Part shown: positions 30,801 through 34,212 of the stretch, piece by piece | Layout of the letters: each line of letters starts with the position of its first letter | Numbering within the stretch: the stretch's first letter is position 1 | Assembly (NCBI GenBank): GCA_028687275.1 | Contig: JAQUAK010000001.1 | Location: 1 to 34,212 of the forward strand | From: Patescibacteria group bacterium | Lineage (GTDB): Bacteria; Patescibacteriota; Patescibacteriia; Patescibacteriales; UBA12465 | Reading direction: 5' to 3' | Length of the DNA stretch: 34,212 nucleotides | Made by a program: the position numbers and the translations under genes | The notes under the pieces: model-generated | What the model was told of the DNA's origin: nothing | The model's database searches: none | Seen by the model: the letters and a program-made list of their open reading frames with translations, nothing else

Positions 30801-32321
30801 TTAGTATTTTAAAAAGCAATGTCCATTCATATCTTTGGGGATATTTAAGTCCATTATTTTTAAAATGCTTGGTGCAACATCTCTTAGTCCTGCCCCTTCT
30901 GTTATTTTTGCCTTTTTAAATTTAGGATTATTAGATACCAAAATAACTGGTACAGGATTAGTGGTGTGGCTAGTTGAGGTTAAAGCACTTTTATCTTCAG
31001 CATTACCATGATCAGCTAAAACTAAACAATTGTAATTAGCTTCTAGCGCAGCACTAATAATTTCTCCTTGTGCTTTATCAACAGCCTCCAGCGCTTCTAT
31101 TATTTTTTTTATTTTGCCTGTGTGACCAACCATGTCTCCGTTAACTAGATTAACAACTATGAAATCGTAGTATTTTTTCTTAATTTCTTTTTTTAAGCGC
31201 TTTGCAATTTTAAAGACACTCATTGCTGGGGTTAGATCATAAGTAGTCACATGGGGCGATTTAATCATAATCCTGTCCTCGCCTTTATTAGCTACTTCTT
31301 TTTGTCCGTTAAAGAAAAAGGTAACATGAGCATACTTTTCAGTCTCGCTAATACGTAATTGTTTTAAGTTCGCTTTACTAATGCATTCTCCCAATAAATT
31401 AGTTAAGGGTTTTTCGGCGTAAGCAGCTGGTGCATTCATGGGTTTGTAATATTGAGTCATGGCAACCAGGTTTATATCTAGAAGCTTTCTTTTAAAGCCT
31501 GTAAATTTTCTTTCTACTAAAGCTTTTGTTAATTGTCTTGTGCGATCGGTACGGAAATTGAAGAAAATTACTCCATCTTTTTTGTTCAAACCTTGGTAAT
31601 CTTGTAAGCAGCTTGGTTTAATAAATTCATCAGTTTCACCTTTTTTATGACAATCAATAATTTGTTGGCGAGCTTGAATAAACTTATTTCCTTTACCTGA
31701 GGCTATGCAATTATAAGCAGTTTTCGTTCTAGCCCATCTTTTGTTTCTATCCATGGCATAATATCTTCCGCTAACACTCACAATCTTGCCAAAGCCCAAA
31801 GTTTTTATTTTTTGTTCTAAAGATTTAAGATGCTTTAGGCTTTCTGTTACCGGCGCGTCACGACCATCGGTGATTATATGTATGTAAACATCTTGAAATT
31901 TTAATTTTTGGCATAAATCTAATAAAGCAAAAAGATGTTTAATGTGCGCGTGGACACCTTGGTCTTGCAGTAGTCCAAGCAAGTGTAAGGTGCTTTTATT
32001 TTTTTGGCATTGTTTAATTATTTTTATTAAAACTTTATTTTTAAAAAAGTTTTTATCCTTAATATCCTCATTAATACGAGCCATCGACTCAAGGATGGTT
32101 CTGCCAGATCCCATGGTGAGGTGCCCGACTTCAGAATTACCTTGATAACCTTTTTCTGAGCCAACTGCTGTTCCACTGGCAGCTAAAAGCCCATGAGGAT
32201 AATTTTTTAGATAGTAGTCTTCATTAGGTGTTTTGGCTAGAAAGATAGGGTTATTTTCTTTTTTTGGGCTGTAGCCCCAGCCATCACGAATGATTAGTAT
32301 TACAGGTGTATCTGTTTTCAT
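30801..32321 (-). CDS. gpmI: 2,3-bisphosphoglycerate-independent phosphoglycerate mutase
   Basis: N-terminal IIRDGWG, NSEVGHLTMGSGR, and C-terminal ADHGNAE metal-site motifs. Confidence 0.93.
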   Translation of the reverse strand: MKTDTPVILIIRDGWGYSPKKENNPIFLAKTPNEDYYLKNYPHGLLAASGTAVGSEKGYQGNSEVGHLTMGSGRTILESMARINEDIKDKNFFKNKVLIKIIKQCQKNKSTLHLLGLLQDQGVHAHIKHLFALLDLCQKLKFQDVYIHIITDGRDAPVTESLKHLKSLEQKIKTLGFGKIVSVSGRYYAMDRNKRWARTKTAYNCIASGKGNKFIQARQQIIDCHKKGETDEFIKPSCLQDYQGLNKKDGVIFFNFRTDRTRQLTKALVERKFTGFKRKLLDINLVAMTQYYKPMNAPAAYAEKPLTNLLGECISKANLKQLRISETEKYAHVTFFFNGQKEVANKGEDRIMIKSPHVTTYDLTPAMSVFKIAKRLKKEIKKKYYDFIVVNLVNGDMVGHTGKIKKIIEALEAVDKAQGEIISAALEANYNCLVLADHGNAEDKSALTSTSHTTNPVPVILVSNNPKFKKAKITEGAGLRDVAPSILKIMDLNIPKDMNGHCFLKY

Positions 32322-32360
32322 ATTTTTATTGTAAAAATTATGGTAGAGATTATTTGTAGA

Positions 32361-33281
32361 TTAATTACCAGGCACAATTACTGGAAATGGCTTTGAGCCA
32401 GGATAAGCTTTATAGCCGTAGTCAGTACAGAACTTTTTAATATTTTGTCGGTAATAATCTGGTTTTGAATTTTGAATTAAGCCAATTAGAAAATAACTAA
32501 CTGCCATTACCCAAGCTTTGCCGGCTGTTTTTGGCGGAATCAATTCTAGGCGATGCTGAGGATGACCAAAATATATATTTTTACCAAAGCTAATGACTAA
32601 TTCGTCTTTTGATTGGATAACAAACTTAGCGTGTCTTGATTCGCCATAACTAAAAGCACGTAAAGAAACATTAGAACCAAAGAGTTCGCTTTTTTTAATC
32701 TCTAACATTGGAGCGATAGCTGCTAATTCATCAGGGAGGATAAAGGCATAGGCACGATATTTTTTAAAGTTTTTTGGTAGTTTAAGGGTGAGAATGTATT
32801 TTTCAATCATAGCTACTTTTTCTTGACCTGATGCTAGGAACATAGCTAAGTAGGTAGAAGTGTTATAGGTATAAGGTTCAGCTAGCTTAGGAAAAACATG
32901 GACCTCTTCAGCAATTTTGGCGGCACTTGATTCAGATGAACAAGTTAGTAAAACAGTTTTAAGTCCAGCTTTATGGGCAGCTTTAATTTCCCAGACTGAA
33001 TCTTTTTCGCCAGAAGCAGAAATGATAATACCGTGGCTAATTTGTTTCTTTTTAATTAAATCACGATAACGTTTGAGTATTTCTTTAAAATTACTTTCAC
33101 TGGCAAAGACAGCTTTTTGTTGTCCAAAGATAGCCATGCCAGCATTTAAAGCATTGCCACTACCAACGACAATAGGAAAGGGGTACTTTTTTAAATCTAA
33201 ACGAGGAATTTTCACACTACGAAAATATTCCAAAGCTTTTAAAGTGGTAATATTTATAGAATCTAGTTCTAAATTGGACAT
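32361..33281 (-). CDS. Double-SIS-domain sugar-phosphate isomerase-like protein (GlmS-C / AgaS / archaeal PGI-PMI-like)
   Basis: First SIS motif IIISASGEKDSVWEIKAAHKAGLKTVLLT. The second half has the pattern ...PMLEIKKSELFGSNVSLRAFSYGESRHAKF, like the A.E.ALK.KE....A....E..HG motif. Substrate unknown. Confidence 0.5.
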   Translation of the reverse strand: MSNLELDSINITTLKALEYFRSVKIPRLDLKKYPFPIVVGSGNALNAGMAIFGQQKAVFASESNFKEILKRYRDLIKKKQISHGIIISASGEKDSVWEIKAAHKAGLKTVLLTCSSESSAAKIAEEVHVFPKLAEPYTYNTSTYLAMFLASGQEKVAMIEKYILTLKLPKNFKKYRAYAFILPDELAAIAPMLEIKKSELFGSNVSLRAFSYGESRHAKFVIQSKDELVISFGKNIYFGHPQHRLELIPPKTAGKAWVMAVSYFLIGLIQNSKPDYYRQNIKKFCTDYGYKAYPGSKPFPVIVPGN

Positions 33282-33388
33282 ATTGTTGTTAATTTAGCTA
33301 ATTTTATTGGTGTTTTTATTATAACGGATATTGATTTTTATTTCAATTTAAGTTAAGATTGGGGCGTAAATAATTAATTTTTAAACTT

Positions 33389-34111
33389 ATGTCCGGACAC
33401 TCAAAATGGGCGACTACGCATCGTCAAAAGGCTATTGTTGATGCCAAACGTGGGGCTATCTTTACTAAATTTGCCAATCTTATTTCGATTGCCGCTAAAC
33501 AAGGTGGCGATCCTGACTCTAACCCTAGTTTACGTTCAGCCATTGATCGTGCGCGTGAAGTGAGTATGCCTAAAGATAATATTGAAAGAGCTATTAAAAA
33601 AGGCACAGGTGAATTAGGTGGTGATCAAATTGAGGAATTATATTATGAAGGTATTGGTCCGGCCGGCATTCAGACTATTGTGAAGTGTTTAACTGATAAT
33701 CGTAATCGTAGCGCCTCTACTGTTAGGCATGCCTTTACTAAAAATAATGGTTCATTTGGATCCGTGATGTGGAATTTTGATCAGGCCGGGGTTATTATGT
33801 TGAGTCAAGAAGCTTTAGATGTTGAAAAAATTAATTTTGATGAATTTGAGTTGGAACTGATTGATAATGGGGCTAATGATATTGTTAAGGATGAAGAGGG
33901 TTTAACTATATATACGGCACTTAGTGATTTTCAGAAAATGCAGGATTATCTACAAACAAGGAATCTAAAAGTTGAGTCAGCAGAAATTGAATATGTGGCT
34001 AAGGAAAAGCTTAGTTTATCGGCTGAGGATCAAGTGATGTGCGATAAATTTTTAGAAGAGTTAGATGACAATGAGGATGTTAGTAATTGTTTTACTAACA
34101 TTGCCGATTAA
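33389..34111 (+). CDS. yebC: YebC/PmpR-family transcriptional regulator
   Basis: MSGHSKWATTHRQKAIVDAKRG... is the invariant YebC N-terminus. The conserved yebC-ruvC synteny is present. Confidence 0.9.
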   Translation: MSGHSKWATTHRQKAIVDAKRGAIFTKFANLISIAAKQGGDPDSNPSLRSAIDRAREVSMPKDNIERAIKKGTGELGGDQIEELYYEGIGPAGIQTIVKCLTDNRNRSASTVRHAFTKNNGSFGSVMWNFDQAGVIMLSQEALDVEKINFDEFELELIDNGANDIVKDEEGLTIYTALSDFQKMQDYLQTRNLKVESAEIEYVAKEKLSLSAEDQVMCDKFLEELDDNEDVSNCFTNIAD

Positions 34112-34164
34112 TTATTTTTTAAGACTCGGAGGTGGTAAGCTCTAATTTCGAGTTGTACTTTCTA

Positions 34165-34212
34165 TGGCAAAAATTATTTTAGGAATAGATCCTGGCATTG
34201 CGGATACCGGTT
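34165..34212 (+). CDS. ruvC: Crossover junction endodeoxyribonuclease RuvC (5' end only; runs off the window)
   Basis: MAKIILGIDPGIADTG matches the RuvC N-terminal catalytic-Asp motif (ILGIDPG..xTG). Located downstream of yebC. Confidence 0.6.

Overview
AT-rich, tightly packed bacterial housekeeping window. It most resembles a reduced-genome CPR/Patescibacteria-type organism; that placement is inference from gene content, rRNA insertions and the lack of Shine-Dalgarno motifs. Left edge: the 3' third of a 23S rRNA gene, interrupted by a ~700-nt group I intron that encodes an I-CreI-like LAGLIDADG homing endonuclease, followed by 5S rRNA. Plus-strand genes after that: glmM-like mutase, a GlmU-type uridylyltransferase domain only, recA, archaeal-type pyrH, infB-rbfA and an NrnA-like DHH protein. 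Minus-strand genes: adk, three tRNAs, HU, RNase Y, then a long RNA-metabolism block (rpsT, rpsO, NYN nuclease, pnp, rpsP, KH protein, trmD). Next on the minus strand are a four-tRNA cluster (Ile, fMet, Phe, Pro), a secreted tandem-Kazal protein, and an overlapping polA-murD-murI-holA chain. The window ends with ddl, a CaCA exchanger, tRNA-Ala, a LysM/M23 peptidase, gpmI, a double-SIS protein, yebC and the start of ruvC. The strongest unusual signal is that tRNA-Phe(GAA) is split by a 250-nt ORF-less group I (IC3/Azoarcus-like) intron in the anticodon loop. No CRISPR array, transposase, reverse transcriptase or recognisable defence cassette was seen. Standard genetic code.
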